From assembly GCF_000189295.2 (NCBI RefSeq), contig NC_016803.1:1320001-1352000 (forward strand): a stretch of DNA of 32,000 nt, read 5' to 3'. Positions 9,703 through 18,755 of this stretch are shown one piece after another (positions within the stretch are counted from its first letter, which is position 1; each line of letters starts with the position of its first letter). A program made the translations under genes and the position numbers. The notes beneath the pieces were generated by a model that saw only the letters and a program-made list of their open reading frames with translations, was not told the DNA's origin and did not search any database. The DNA is from Pseudodesulfovibrio mercurii (GTDB lineage: Bacteria; Desulfobacterota; Desulfovibrionia; Desulfovibrionales; Desulfovibrionaceae).

Positions 9703-10581
9703 TTAGCTGGCGTAGTGGTAGTACTTGTACTTCATGTACGCGTCCGCGTTCAGGCTGCGGTGCATCCGGCTGGCCTGGGTGTAGACCGCGCCGAGGATGT
9801 TGGAGCCCTGCAAGGCCTCGATGGTGTCCCGCAGGTCTGCCTGGGACGCCTGTCCCTCCTTGATGACCAGGACCACCCCGTCGGCCAGGCGGCTCAGATT
9901 GCGCGATTCGGCAAAGGGCAACACCGGCGGCGAGTCGATGATGATGTAGCGGTCGGCGTAGCGGTTCTTCATCTCGGCCAGGGACTCGGCCATCCGTTTG
10001 GAGGCCAGGAGTTCGCCCACGTTGGGCACGGGCGACCCCGCGGACAGGAAGGAAAGCTTGCCGATGCCGGTCTTGACCAGTCCCTTGCCGATGGGCGACC
10101 CGTCCACCAGGCAGTCGGACAGACCGTAGCCGTTCTCCATGCACAGGAGTTCGTGGCAGCTGGGGGAGCGGATGTCCGCGTCCACCAACAGGACCGTGTG
10201 ATCGAATTCCTGGGCCAGGCTGATGGCCAGGTTCACGGCGGTCACACTCTTGCCCTCGCCGACCGTGCCGCTAGTCACCAGAATGGTGTTCTGGAACCCT
10301 TCGCGCTTGGTCTTTCGGACCAGGCTCTGCTTGAGCTTGCGAAATTCCTCGGCGGCCAGGGAGATGGGCTCGTTCATGGCCACCAGCATGCGCTGCTGCC
10401 GGGCCCGGTCCAGGCAATCCGACTGCAACGGCGAGAAGTCCAGGGAGGCATCCACAGGGCTTGCGGCCTCCATGACGGGCGCGGCGACAGGCTCCACGGA
10501 AGGCACCGTTTCCGGTTCCCGGCGGCGGTTCTCGTCCCGCTTCTCCGAAGCCTTTTTCAATGCGTCTTCTATTCTGCTCAT
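9703..10581 (-). CDS. BY-kinase (Wzc C-terminal-type tyrosine autokinase), EpsG-like
   Basis: Walker A SGTVGEGKS, Walker A' LLVDADIRSPS, Walker B YIIIDSPPV. Tyr-rich C-terminal tail DAYMKYKYYHYAS. Confidence 0.8.
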   Translation of the reverse strand: MSRIEDALKKASEKRDENRRREPETVPSVEPVAAPVMEAASPVDASLDFSPLQSDCLDRARQQRMLVAMNEPISLAAEEFRKLKQSLVRKTKREGFQNTILVTSGTVGEGKSVTAVNLAISLAQEFDHTVLLVDADIRSPSCHELLCMENGYGLSDCLVDGSPIGKGLVKTGIGKLSFLSAGSPVPNVGELLASKRMAESLAEMKNRYADRYIIIDSPPVLPFAESRNLSRLADGVVLVIKEGQASQADLRDTIEALQGSNILGAVYTQASRMHRSLNADAYMKYKYYHYAS

Positions 10582-10584
10582 GGC

Positions 10585-12102
10585 TTACATCCTCCATTGC
10601 TGCACGACGAGCGCGCCTTTCGCAATCAGCTTATCGACAAGGCCCAGGCCCAGGAACTCCGAGCCGAGAAAGGCCAGGAAGATCATGAGCCCCACGGCGA
10701 CGATAACATAAATCCGCAGGTTGCGCCGGGAGGTCTTGCGCTCCTCCTCGACGTTCTTGAGCTTGGGAATGACCGCGAGCACCGGAATGCCGAACTCGCG
10801 CAGGTCATCCACGTTCTTGATGGACGGATCGATGAGATCCATAAGGAAAATCACGCCAAGGCCGAAGGCCACCCCGATGGCCATGCCCGCCAACATGATC
10901 AGCGGACGGTTGGGGCTGGACGGAATGGTCGGAATCACGGCCGGATCGAGCACGCGGAAGGAAACCGCCTTGTCCTGGAGCTCCATCTCCTTGGAGACCT
11001 CGGACTGGCCATAGCGGGAGACCAGCTTCTCGTAGATGATGACCTCGTTCTTCTCCTTGCGCTTGAGCTCCTGCAACTCGGCCTGGGCTCGGGGAATCTG
11101 GTCCAGGAGGGCCTTGTTCGAGGCCATCTCTTCCTCGATGTTCGCCTTCTGGGTGTTCAACGCCCGGATCTGAACCTTCAGATGCTGGTATTCCGGCGAG
11201 CTGTAGATCAGCGACAACTCCTCCTCGCTGTTATGGGCGATCTGCCGCTTGGTCTCGGCAATGGCGTTCTCCAGTTGCCGGACCCGGGGATGGTTTTCGG
11301 TGTAGCGGGCGAGCATGTCGTCCAGAAGCTGCTCCTGCTGCCTCAGCCGGGACCGCGAGGGCGAGTTGCTGAGCAACATGGTGCGCGAGGACTCCAGGGT
11401 GCTTATCCTGATGTCGATGTCCTTGATCTGGTCCTCGCCCTTCTCGATCTCCCGTCGGACCGCATATTCGTTGGTGGTCAGGACCTTGCCCGAGGCCACC
11501 TTGTAATCCTCGATCTCCTTCTTGGCCTCATCGATGCGTTTTTTGAAAACCTCGATCTGATCGGCCAGGAAGCGGGTCGCCTCGTAAGACTCCTTGCGCT
11601 TGTTGGACACGCTGTCCTCGATGTAGACGCGGGTCAGGGTGTTGACCACGTCGCGCGCGAGGACCGGATCGGTGTCCGCGAAACGGATGTCGAACACCCC
11701 GCGTTTCTCGTCGAGCCCGATCTTGATACGGCCGCGCAGGCTCTTGATGGTCGAGTCCAGGGATATCTCGTTCTTGAGATCCACGTCGAGATCCAGGGCG
11801 TTGATGACCTTGGACAGCATGTTGCGGCTGAGCATGGTCACCTTGATGGCCTTGATCTTGGTGTCCATGGACGGCGTGACCGCGATGCCCTTGACCAGAT
11901 CGCTGATGACGTTCTGCTCGATGAAGACGATGCTCTTGGCTTCGTACTTCTTGGGCAGGACATAACTCGTCACGATGGCAATGAACATGGCCAGCAGGAC
12001 AATGAACACGAACAGTCCCCGATGGTTGCCCACCAACTGGACATAATGCATGACGTCGAATGAGGCTTCCGCCCCCGGCGTTTCCAATTTGTTGTCCGTC
12101 AT
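10585..12102 (-). CDS. Polysaccharide chain-length determinant (Wzz/Wzc N-terminal-type co-polymerase), PEP-CTERM-locus type
   Basis: 505 aa. N-terminal TM (LFVFIVLLAMFIAIV), a long coiled-coil periplasmic region, and a C-terminal TM pair. It sits 3 nt upstream of the kinase gene, giving a split Wzc arrangement. Confidence 0.8.
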   Translation of the reverse strand: MTDNKLETPGAEASFDVMHYVQLVGNHRGLFVFIVLLAMFIAIVTSYVLPKKYEAKSIVFIEQNVISDLVKGIAVTPSMDTKIKAIKVTMLSRNMLSKVINALDLDVDLKNEISLDSTIKSLRGRIKIGLDEKRGVFDIRFADTDPVLARDVVNTLTRVYIEDSVSNKRKESYEATRFLADQIEVFKKRIDEAKKEIEDYKVASGKVLTTNEYAVRREIEKGEDQIKDIDIRISTLESSRTMLLSNSPSRSRLRQQEQLLDDMLARYTENHPRVRQLENAIAETKRQIAHNSEEELSLIYSSPEYQHLKVQIRALNTQKANIEEEMASNKALLDQIPRAQAELQELKRKEKNEVIIYEKLVSRYGQSEVSKEMELQDKAVSFRVLDPAVIPTIPSSPNRPLIMLAGMAIGVAFGLGVIFLMDLIDPSIKNVDDLREFGIPVLAVIPKLKNVEEERKTSRRNLRIYVIVAVGLMIFLAFLGSEFLGLGLVDKLIAKGALVVQQWRM

Positions 12103-12111
12103 CTGTTCGGC

Positions 12112-12912
12112 CTAGAAGAAGCTTTCACTGGCGACGATGTAGTCGCCCGCCTGCAACAGGATGTTCTGGCTCTGGTCGCCCTTCTTGATCAGGTCCTTGG
12201 TCTTGACGGGAATGGTGATCTTCTTGTCGCCGTCCTTGCGGATGATCAGGACCTCGTCCTCATCGGCGTACTTGCTGAAATTGCCCGCCTGCAACAGGGC
12301 GTCCAGGACGGTCAGGCCTTCCTGGAAGAAAATCGCCTTGGGCTGGTTCACCGCGCCGATGACGAAGACGTTGCGGTCGTACTTGACCGGCAGAAAGATC
12401 ATGTCGCCGGGTTCGAGCTGGATGTCCTTCTCGAATTCGCCCTTGCTGAACAGACCGGAAAAATCGGACATGACCTTCTTGCCCTTGCGGTAGACATAGG
12501 ACTTGTTCAGGTCCGCCGCATCCAGGGAGCCCACCGAGGCGAGCACCTGCAACAGGGTCGTGCGCTGAGGCATGTCGTACACCTGCGGCTGGACGCCGCC
12601 GCCCACCACGAAGACCCGGCTGTTGACGCTTCTGAGCAGGGAGATGCTGACGATGGGGTCCTTGACCAGCGAGGAAAGCTTTTCGCTGACTTCCTTCTTC
12701 AACTCGGGCACGGTTTTGCCCGCCGCCACGATATCGTCGATGCCCGGCATGGACATCTTGCCGTCGGGGCGGACAATGACCGCGGTCTTGAGTTCATCCT
12801 CGCCCCAGACATGCACGAAGAGGTTGTCCCCCTCGCCCACGACGTAGTCCTTCGCCTGGGCCAGGACGGGCATGCACAACACGATCAGCAGAACCAGCAA
12901 CAGCTTCTTCAC
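12112..12912 (-). CDS. Polysaccharide export protein (Wza/Poly_export + SLBB type)
   Basis: Signal peptide MKKLLLVLLIVLCMPVLAQA. The GEGDNLFVHVWGEDEL motif region and PGDMIFLP / AGDYIVASE are typical of Wza-like exporters. Confidence 0.8.
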   Translation of the reverse strand: MKKLLLVLLIVLCMPVLAQAKDYVVGEGDNLFVHVWGEDELKTAVIVRPDGKMSMPGIDDIVAAGKTVPELKKEVSEKLSSLVKDPIVSISLLRSVNSRVFVVGGGVQPQVYDMPQRTTLLQVLASVGSLDAADLNKSYVYRKGKKVMSDFSGLFSKGEFEKDIQLEPGDMIFLPVKYDRNVFVIGAVNQPKAIFFQEGLTVLDALLQAGNFSKYADEDEVLIIRKDGDKKITIPVKTKDLIKKGDQSQNILLQAGDYIVASESFF

Positions 12913-12945
12913 GGCGACTACCTCATTCTTTGCCTGGGGCCTTGC

Positions 12946-14304
12946 CTAGCGGCCCATCTTCTTCAACATGACCAACACGGTCTTGAACATGATCCTGAAA
13001 TCGAACCACAGTGAATAATTTTTAATGTAATACAGATCATAACGCAATTTTTCAAAGGCGTCTTCAACAGATGCGCCGTAGGGATAGCAGACCTGGGCCC
13101 AGCCGGTGATGCCGGGCTTCACGAAATGACGCTCCGCATAGTACGGCACGATCTTCTTCAACTCCCGCACGAACTCGGGGCGCTCGGGCCGGGGGCCGAT
13201 CAGGCTCATGCTGCCCATGAGCACGTTGAACAGCTGCGGAATCTCGTCGATGCGGGACTTGCGGAGGAACTGGCCGAACCGGGTGATCCGGTTGTCGTTC
13301 TCCCGGGCCCAGACCGCGCCGGACTTCCGTTCGGCGTCCTGGCGCATGGAGCGGAACTTGTAGATGATGAACTCCTTGTCGCCCTTGCCCACGCGAATCT
13401 GCTTGAAGAGCACCGGGCCGGGGGAGTCCAGCTTGATGCCGATCATGACCAGGGGCAGGATGGGCGAGACGAGGATGATGCCGATCAGGGACAGGATCAC
13501 GTCCAGCACGCGCTTGCCGAAGCGGCGGATGCCGATGATCTTGAACCCCTTGGCGAAGATGAACCAGCTCGGGGTGATCTTCTCGAGCATCAGCTTCTGG
13601 TTGACCCGCTCGTAGAATTCCGGGGCCTCGAGGACCTCGATGCCGCTCAATTTGCAGTCCAGGATCTCCTGGAGCGGGAAAGCGGCCCTGCGCTCGGTCA
13701 GGGAAACCACGATCTTGCTCGCCTTGGCCCGCCGGGCGGCCTCGAGAATCCTGTTGGTGGGATGGTCCACCTGGGCCGCGGGATCGGCGAAATCACCGGA
13801 CCGGCATTCCACGTAGTCCTTGAACTCGTAACGCCCGCCCGACTGGGCGGCCAGAAGGCGCATGTCCTGGGCCAGCTGGCCGTTGCCCACGATGATCACC
13901 CGGTGCACCAACCCCGGAATTTTCCGCCAGTAGGAGGAAAACAGCAGCCACAGGGTATGGTTGAGGCCGAACAGGCACAACAGGACCAGGATCATCTCCT
14001 CAAGCCGCTTGAACAGATCGGTCTGCCAGTAGATGAAGAAGGTCATGTTCGAGGCCACGATCAGGCTGATGACCAGCCCCAGGGCCCCGGCATTGCGCGA
14101 CGGCGCCAGGTAGTGGACGATGATGTGCACGACCAGGAACGAAACCAGGATGACCCCGATCAGTACGGACACGTCCGCTGGACGTCCTTCGAACAGGGCG
14201 AGCATCTCGGTCGGTTCGTTGTACAGCATCACCGAGCACAGGAACAGCGCCAGGACCAGAAGCAGGAAGTCCTTGAAGACCCTGACTGATGCGATTGCTA
14301 CCAT
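12946..14304 (-). CDS. Undecaprenyl-phosphate hexose-1-phosphate transferase (WbaP/EpsB-type priming sugar transferase)
   Basis: 452 aa with N-terminal TM segments. C-terminal bacterial sugar-transferase domain PGPVLFKQIRVGKGDKEFIIYKFRSM ... RIDEIPQLFNVLMGSMSLIGPRPERPEF. RBS GGGAGGAAAG lies upstream of ATG 14304. Confidence 0.85.
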   Translation of the reverse strand: MVAIASVRVFKDFLLLVLALFLCSVMLYNEPTEMLALFEGRPADVSVLIGVILVSFLVVHIIVHYLAPSRNAGALGLVISLIVASNMTFFIYWQTDLFKRLEEMILVLLCLFGLNHTLWLLFSSYWRKIPGLVHRVIIVGNGQLAQDMRLLAAQSGGRYEFKDYVECRSGDFADPAAQVDHPTNRILEAARRAKASKIVVSLTERRAAFPLQEILDCKLSGIEVLEAPEFYERVNQKLMLEKITPSWFIFAKGFKIIGIRRFGKRVLDVILSLIGIILVSPILPLVMIGIKLDSPGPVLFKQIRVGKGDKEFIIYKFRSMRQDAERKSGAVWARENDNRITRFGQFLRKSRIDEIPQLFNVLMGSMSLIGPRPERPEFVRELKKIVPYYAERHFVKPGITGWAQVCYPYGASVEDAFEKLRYDLYYIKNYSLWFDFRIMFKTVLVMLKKMGR

Positions 14305-14331
14305 GTCTCTTTCCTCCCTCTCGTTCCCGAA

Positions 14332-16986
14332 CTATTCGCTCTTGATGGCGGCCAGCAGTTTCTTGGCCGCATCGGCATTGGCGCAGTTGGGACAATTCGC
14401 GACCTTCTCGAGCAAGGGCACGGCTTTATCATTCTTTCCGGACTGCTTGTAGGCATATCCGAGGTGGTATTCGATATCCGGGTTCTCCCCGGCGTTTTCC
14501 AGGGCCTTTTCCAGGACCTGCACGGCCTCGTCGTTGCGGCCGTTGACGGCCAGGGCGTAGCCGAAGGTATCCAGGACCGCGGGCTCGCCGGGCCGCTGCA
14601 TGTAGGCGGTATAGCTCAACCGCAGCGCCTCGAGCCGGGTCTTGGGATCCCTCAGATAGAGCATGGCCAGGTTGTTCAGGGCCGGGACATAACGCTGGGA
14701 CAGCTGGAGCGCCTTGTTGTAGCTGTCCACCGCCTCCTTGTCCTTGCCCAGCAACGTGTAGATGTTGCCGCGGATGGTCACGGCCATGTAGTTGTTCTCG
14801 TCGCGCTTGATGGCCGCGTCGATGTAGCTCAAGGCCTTCTTGGTCTCTCCGGAGGCGAGATAGACGTTGCCCAGCGCCACCAGGATGGACGAGTTGGAAT
14901 CGCAGAGTTTCTGTCCTTCTTCCAGGGTCGCCAACTGGTTGGCCTTGTCGCCCGCCCCGCCGTAGATATCGGCCAGGGTCAGGTACCCCAACGGCTGGTC
15001 GGGGTAGAATTCGATGATCTGCTTGGCCGAACCCACGGCCTTGTCGAAGTCGCCCTTGAGCATATAGGTCCGGGTGCGCAGGCCCAGGGCCGCGCTCCGG
15101 CTGTGCTCTTCCAACTCGTCGCAGAGTTGCAGCACGTCTTCGTACCGCTTCATGGACAGCAGGACCTGGGCCCGGAGACGCTCCAACGAGGCGTTGAAGG
15201 GCAGCTTGCCGCGTCCGTCATCGAGCACGGCCAGGGCCTGGTCCGGCTTGCCGCCGCGCACCAGGCTGCCGGCATAGCTGAGGTAGGCCTCGGGACTGTT
15301 GGTCTTGAGCGCTTCCTGGAAGCTCGCCTCCGCCTCATCCGGGCGATGCAGGAGTTGCAGCACCAGGGCCTTGCCCAGCCAGGCGCGGACGTAGTCGGGC
15401 TTGCGCTCGAGCAGGGCCGTGTATTCCGTGAGCGCGCCCTCGGGGTTCTTCTGGGCCAGGTGCAGGGCGGCGAGGGTTATGTACGGATCGGAATTATCCG
15501 GATTGCTCTCCTTGGCCTTGGTCAGATATTCCTTGGCCTTGTCGACGTTGTTGTCCGAGAGTTCCACCCGTCCGAGCAGGAAATAGAGCACGGAGTCCGT
15601 CTTGCTGCCGTTCAGGCCGCCTTCGAGGGTGGCCCGGGCCATGTCCTTCTCACCGTTCTTGATGTAGAAGGCGGACAGAATGATCATGGGCCGGATGGAA
15701 TCCGGCGAAGCGGTCACGGCGCGGGCCAGGTCGGTCTCGGCCTGCTTCATGTTGCCCATGGCATAGTTCAGCGCACCCATCTTGAGGTACGTCGCGCTGT
15801 CGTCGGGCCGGTTCTTGGTCACGGCCTCGTATTGCTCGATGGCCTCTTCGGTCTCGCCCTTCATGGTCAGGGCGTCGGCCAGGGTCATCCGGGCGGCGAC
15901 GTTGTCGGCGTCCTTTTCCAGGACCTTGCGGGCCTCGGCCATGGACTCGTCAACCCGGTGCTGCTGCAGGAGGATCATGGAGATCATCTCACGGGCCTTG
16001 AGATAGTCGTCGGCGCGGTCCGCGGCCACCCGGAGATGGCTGATGGCCGTTTCCAGATCGCCCACGGCGTAGTAGCTCAGGCCCAGGAAGAAATACGAAT
16101 CCGCGTCGGGCCGGATGGATATGGCCTTGTGGTAGGCGTTGATGGCCTCCTGGTAGTTCTTCTGCAAATACATGGACAAACCGACGGTCTTGTCGGCGTA
16201 CGGCATCTTGGGCGCCATGGACCGGAGTTCCTTGGCCAACTGGGCCGCGGTGTCGAACTTTTTCTCCTCCAGCATGGCCTGGGCCTTGATATACTTGGCG
16301 TAGGCGTCATGGGGATAGGCGTCGCTGATGGCGGTGAAGGTCTGCCGGTAGGCCTTCTTGTTCTTATCCTCCAGCTCGCGGCCGGCCTTGAAGTACAGGG
16401 CTTCGCGGTTGGTCGGGTCCTTGGCCAGGACCTCGGCGATGGCCTTGTCCGCGGCGTCCTTCCGGCCCCGGCTCTTGTAGACCTGGGCCAGGCCGATGCG
16501 CGCCTCGGTGTTCTCGGGGGCCAGCTGGAGCGCCTTGCTGAACCATTCCTCGGCCTGCACGTCATTGCCGCCCTCAAGCAGCAGGTGCCCGAAGAGCAGT
16601 GCGCCCTCCACGGATTCGGGGTAATCCTTGCAATACGCGGCCGCGTACTCCAGGGCCTTGGGCTTGTTCTGGGAAAGCCGCTCCAGACGGGCCAGGTCGT
16701 ACCCCAATTCCTTATCATACGGATTTTGCAGCTGGTACTTTTCGAAATTCTTGCGCGCCTGGTCCAGCTTGCCGGTGGCCAGGTACGACTTGGCCAGACC
16801 GAGCCGGGCCTTCAGTTCATTGGGGTGCTCATCGAGGATCGTCTTGTAGATGACGATGGCGCCGGAATAGTTGCCGTCGTTCCGGTACTGCTCGCCCTCT
16901 TCCAGCATATTGGCGACGTCGTTCTTCCCGCATGCGGCAAGAAGGACAATGATCATGGTCAGGTAGACAAAATTCTTCAGTTTCAC
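14332..16986 (-). CDS. prsT: TPR-repeat lipoprotein, PrsT-like (PEP-CTERM system)
   Basis: About 884 aa of tandem TPR repeats. Lipobox LLAACG follows a hydrophobic signal. I placed the start at GTG 16986, which is 4 nt after GGAGGA. The ORF-track TTG at 16998 lies inside that RBS. Confidence 0.8.
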   Translation of the reverse strand: MKLKNFVYLTMIIVLLAACGKNDVANMLEEGEQYRNDGNYSGAIVIYKTILDEHPNELKARLGLAKSYLATGKLDQARKNFEKYQLQNPYDKELGYDLARLERLSQNKPKALEYAAAYCKDYPESVEGALLFGHLLLEGGNDVQAEEWFSKALQLAPENTEARIGLAQVYKSRGRKDAADKAIAEVLAKDPTNREALYFKAGRELEDKNKKAYRQTFTAISDAYPHDAYAKYIKAQAMLEEKKFDTAAQLAKELRSMAPKMPYADKTVGLSMYLQKNYQEAINAYHKAISIRPDADSYFFLGLSYYAVGDLETAISHLRVAADRADDYLKAREMISMILLQQHRVDESMAEARKVLEKDADNVAARMTLADALTMKGETEEAIEQYEAVTKNRPDDSATYLKMGALNYAMGNMKQAETDLARAVTASPDSIRPMIILSAFYIKNGEKDMARATLEGGLNGSKTDSVLYFLLGRVELSDNNVDKAKEYLTKAKESNPDNSDPYITLAALHLAQKNPEGALTEYTALLERKPDYVRAWLGKALVLQLLHRPDEAEASFQEALKTNSPEAYLSYAGSLVRGGKPDQALAVLDDGRGKLPFNASLERLRAQVLLSMKRYEDVLQLCDELEEHSRSAALGLRTRTYMLKGDFDKAVGSAKQIIEFYPDQPLGYLTLADIYGGAGDKANQLATLEEGQKLCDSNSSILVALGNVYLASGETKKALSYIDAAIKRDENNYMAVTIRGNIYTLLGKDKEAVDSYNKALQLSQRYVPALNNLAMLYLRDPKTRLEALRLSYTAYMQRPGEPAVLDTFGYALAVNGRNDEAVQVLEKALENAGENPDIEYHLGYAYKQSGKNDKAVPLLEKVANCPNCANADAAKKLLAAIKSE

Positions 16987-17623
16987 GGCATCCTCCAAAT
17001 ATGATGCTCCGATTCCTCAGGCGGAGCCCACCATATAGCCAGAATCATGCCAGGAGGACTGTTCACAAAAAAATACATTAAAAACGAATGTTTAAGCTAG
17101 ATATATTCCTTATATTAAACGAAACGGACCCCCCTGAAGTCCGGTTTATCCGGACTTTCCGTTTTCCCCGAAAAATGATCCCGGAAGGCAATCAGCTTTC
17201 TAAAAAAAGACGAGAAAAATTCTAAAAAAAAGTCCCGATAGTTTTCCACAGATCATGACGTTTATTTCTGTATCGAACGGTCATTTCCAGCGAATTGATA
17301 TCGATGTCGATACATAAACCATTTTACCATTGATTTTATCAATGCACGCACCCTCAACCTGAACTTATGGCATTATTCATATATATATCGAATAGATATA
17401 TTATGAATAAGCGAGTTGTCCGCTTTTCCCGGATCAAAACGAGGGTCATTTCCGGACACAATGCATCGGGCAGGACTTGAGCGTGTCCGATCTCACCTCG
17501 ATTTGCGTTTTTTTGCACAAAAGTCGTGGACGATGAGCCTGTGGGGGCCATATCTTTCCGGTTGGCACCCCGGCGCGAAATTTGCTATTTGATATAGCCA
17601 TCAACGAGAACAATCGGACCACA
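16987..17623. promoter_or_regulatory. AT-rich divergent control region between the prsT operon and the ABC-exporter operon
   Basis: About 640 bp with no convincing ORF, visibly far more AT-rich than the flanks. It contains a sigma-54 promoter, phased A-tracts and several perfect palindromes (see findings). Confidence 0.6.
17037..17052 (-). promoter_or_regulatory. Sigma-54 (-24/-12) promoter candidate for the prsT operon
   Basis: Minus strand reads TGGCAT-GATTC-TGGCT, against the consensus TGGCAC-N5-TTGCW. The GG and GC dinucleotides have correct spacing. It lies about 50-65 nt upstream of the GTG start at 16986. Confidence 0.6.
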
Positions 17624-18754
17624 ATGATCGCCACCATCGCCTGCCAGAATCTTTTCCACGACAAGCTCCGTCTGGTCGTGACCCTGACCGGAATCGTCTT
17701 TTCCGTGGTCCTGATCACCATCCAGGTGGGCCTCTTCCTCGGGTTCACCACGACCATCTCGTCGGTCATCGACCACTCCGGGGCCGACGTCTGGGTGACC
17801 TCGCCGGGCGTCAAGAACTTCGACATCGCCCTGCCCCTCAAGGAGAGCAAGTATTACGATACGCTGTCCGCGCCGGGCGTGGCCCGGGCCGCCAAGTTCA
17901 TCACCCAGTTCGCCAATTGGAAAAAGCCGGACGGCGGCCAGGAGTCGATCCAGATCATCGGCTTCGAACCGGCCAAGGGCATGGGCGGCCCCTGGGGCAT
18001 GGTGGCCGGGTCCACCGACCTCCTGGACCTGCGCGACGGCATCATCCCGGACCAGCTCTACGTGGACAAGCTCGGCGTCCCCAGGCAGGGGGTGGTCGTG
18101 GAGATCAACGACAAGCGGGCCCGCGTGGTCGGGTTCACCCAGGGCATCCGGTCCTTCACCACCTCGCCCTTCGTGTTCGCCAATCTGGACACGGCCTGGA
18201 AGGTTTCGAGCCTGAAACCCGGCGAATTCACATACATTCTGGTGAAAGCGGACAAGGGCGTCTCCCCCGAGGCCCTGCGCGACTCCATCCGCCGACACGT
18301 GCAGGGCGTGGACGTCTACACCACCGGGGAGTTCAGCTGGAAGACCCAGCGGTACTGGATGTTCAACACCGGCGCTGGCACGGGCATCCTCATCGCCGCC
18401 TTCCTCGGCCTCGTTGTTGGCACGGTCATCGTGGCCCAGACCCTGTACGCCACCACCCTGGACCACATCGCGGAGTTCGCCACCCTCAAGGCCATGGGCG
18501 CGCCCAATTCCTACATATACGGCATCCTGCTCACCCAGGCGTCCCTGAGCGCCGTGCTCGGCTACGGGTTCGGCATCACCATCTCGATCATGGTCTCCCG
18601 GCTCAGCGATTTCACGGCAACGGCCATCGTCATCCCCCCCCTGCTGGGCGGGGGCATGTTCTTTCTTACCCTGTTCATGTGCGTCAGCTCTGCGGTGATC
18701 TCCATCCGCAAGGTCATGGCGCTCGACCCGATCCTGGTCTTCAAGGGGAGGTAG
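17624..18754 (+). CDS. ABC exporter permease, FtsX/MacB-DevC type
   Basis: N-terminal TM, a large periplasmic domain, and a C-terminal FtsX-like 3-TM bundle with LKAMGAPNSYIYGILLTQA. First ATG is at 17624; the ORF-track TTG at 17582 is less likely. Its stop lies 1 nt before the ATPase start. Confidence 0.8.
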   Translation: MIATIACQNLFHDKLRLVVTLTGIVFSVVLITIQVGLFLGFTTTISSVIDHSGADVWVTSPGVKNFDIALPLKESKYYDTLSAPGVARAAKFITQFANWKKPDGGQESIQIIGFEPAKGMGGPWGMVAGSTDLLDLRDGIIPDQLYVDKLGVPRQGVVVEINDKRARVVGFTQGIRSFTTSPFVFANLDTAWKVSSLKPGEFTYILVKADKGVSPEALRDSIRRHVQGVDVYTTGEFSWKTQRYWMFNTGAGTGILIAAFLGLVVGTVIVAQTLYATTLDHIAEFATLKAMGAPNSYIYGILLTQASLSAVLGYGFGITISIMVSRLSDFTATAIVIPPLLGGGMFFLTLFMCVSSAVISIRKVMALDPILVFKGR

Positions 18755-18755
18755 G

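Noticed and set aside
9683-10144. N-terminal 154-aa extension of the ATPase ORF in the track (8513-10144).
   Set aside because: It overlaps the BY-kinase gene in another frame and is Arg/Gly/Pro-rich. The ATPase family sequence begins at MYEKFFNFGSKPF (ATG 9682), just after the kinase stop.
17451-17460. The 10-mer TTTCCGGACA recurs at 17451-17460 and 29244-29253, with related TCCGGA cores at 17149-17154 and about 29334, as a possible shared operator.
   Set aside because: A rough estimate gives several chance 10-mer matches among about 2 kb of intergenic DNA on both strands. The positions relative to promoters are not consistent either.
17563-17585. TGGCAC hexamer about 55 nt upstream of the ABC permease start, a possible sigma-54 promoter.
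   Set aside because: After N5 the sequence is CGCG, so there is no GC dinucleotide at the required spacing (GG-N10-GC). The nearby TTGC is 8 nt too far away. It may be a chance -24 half-site.
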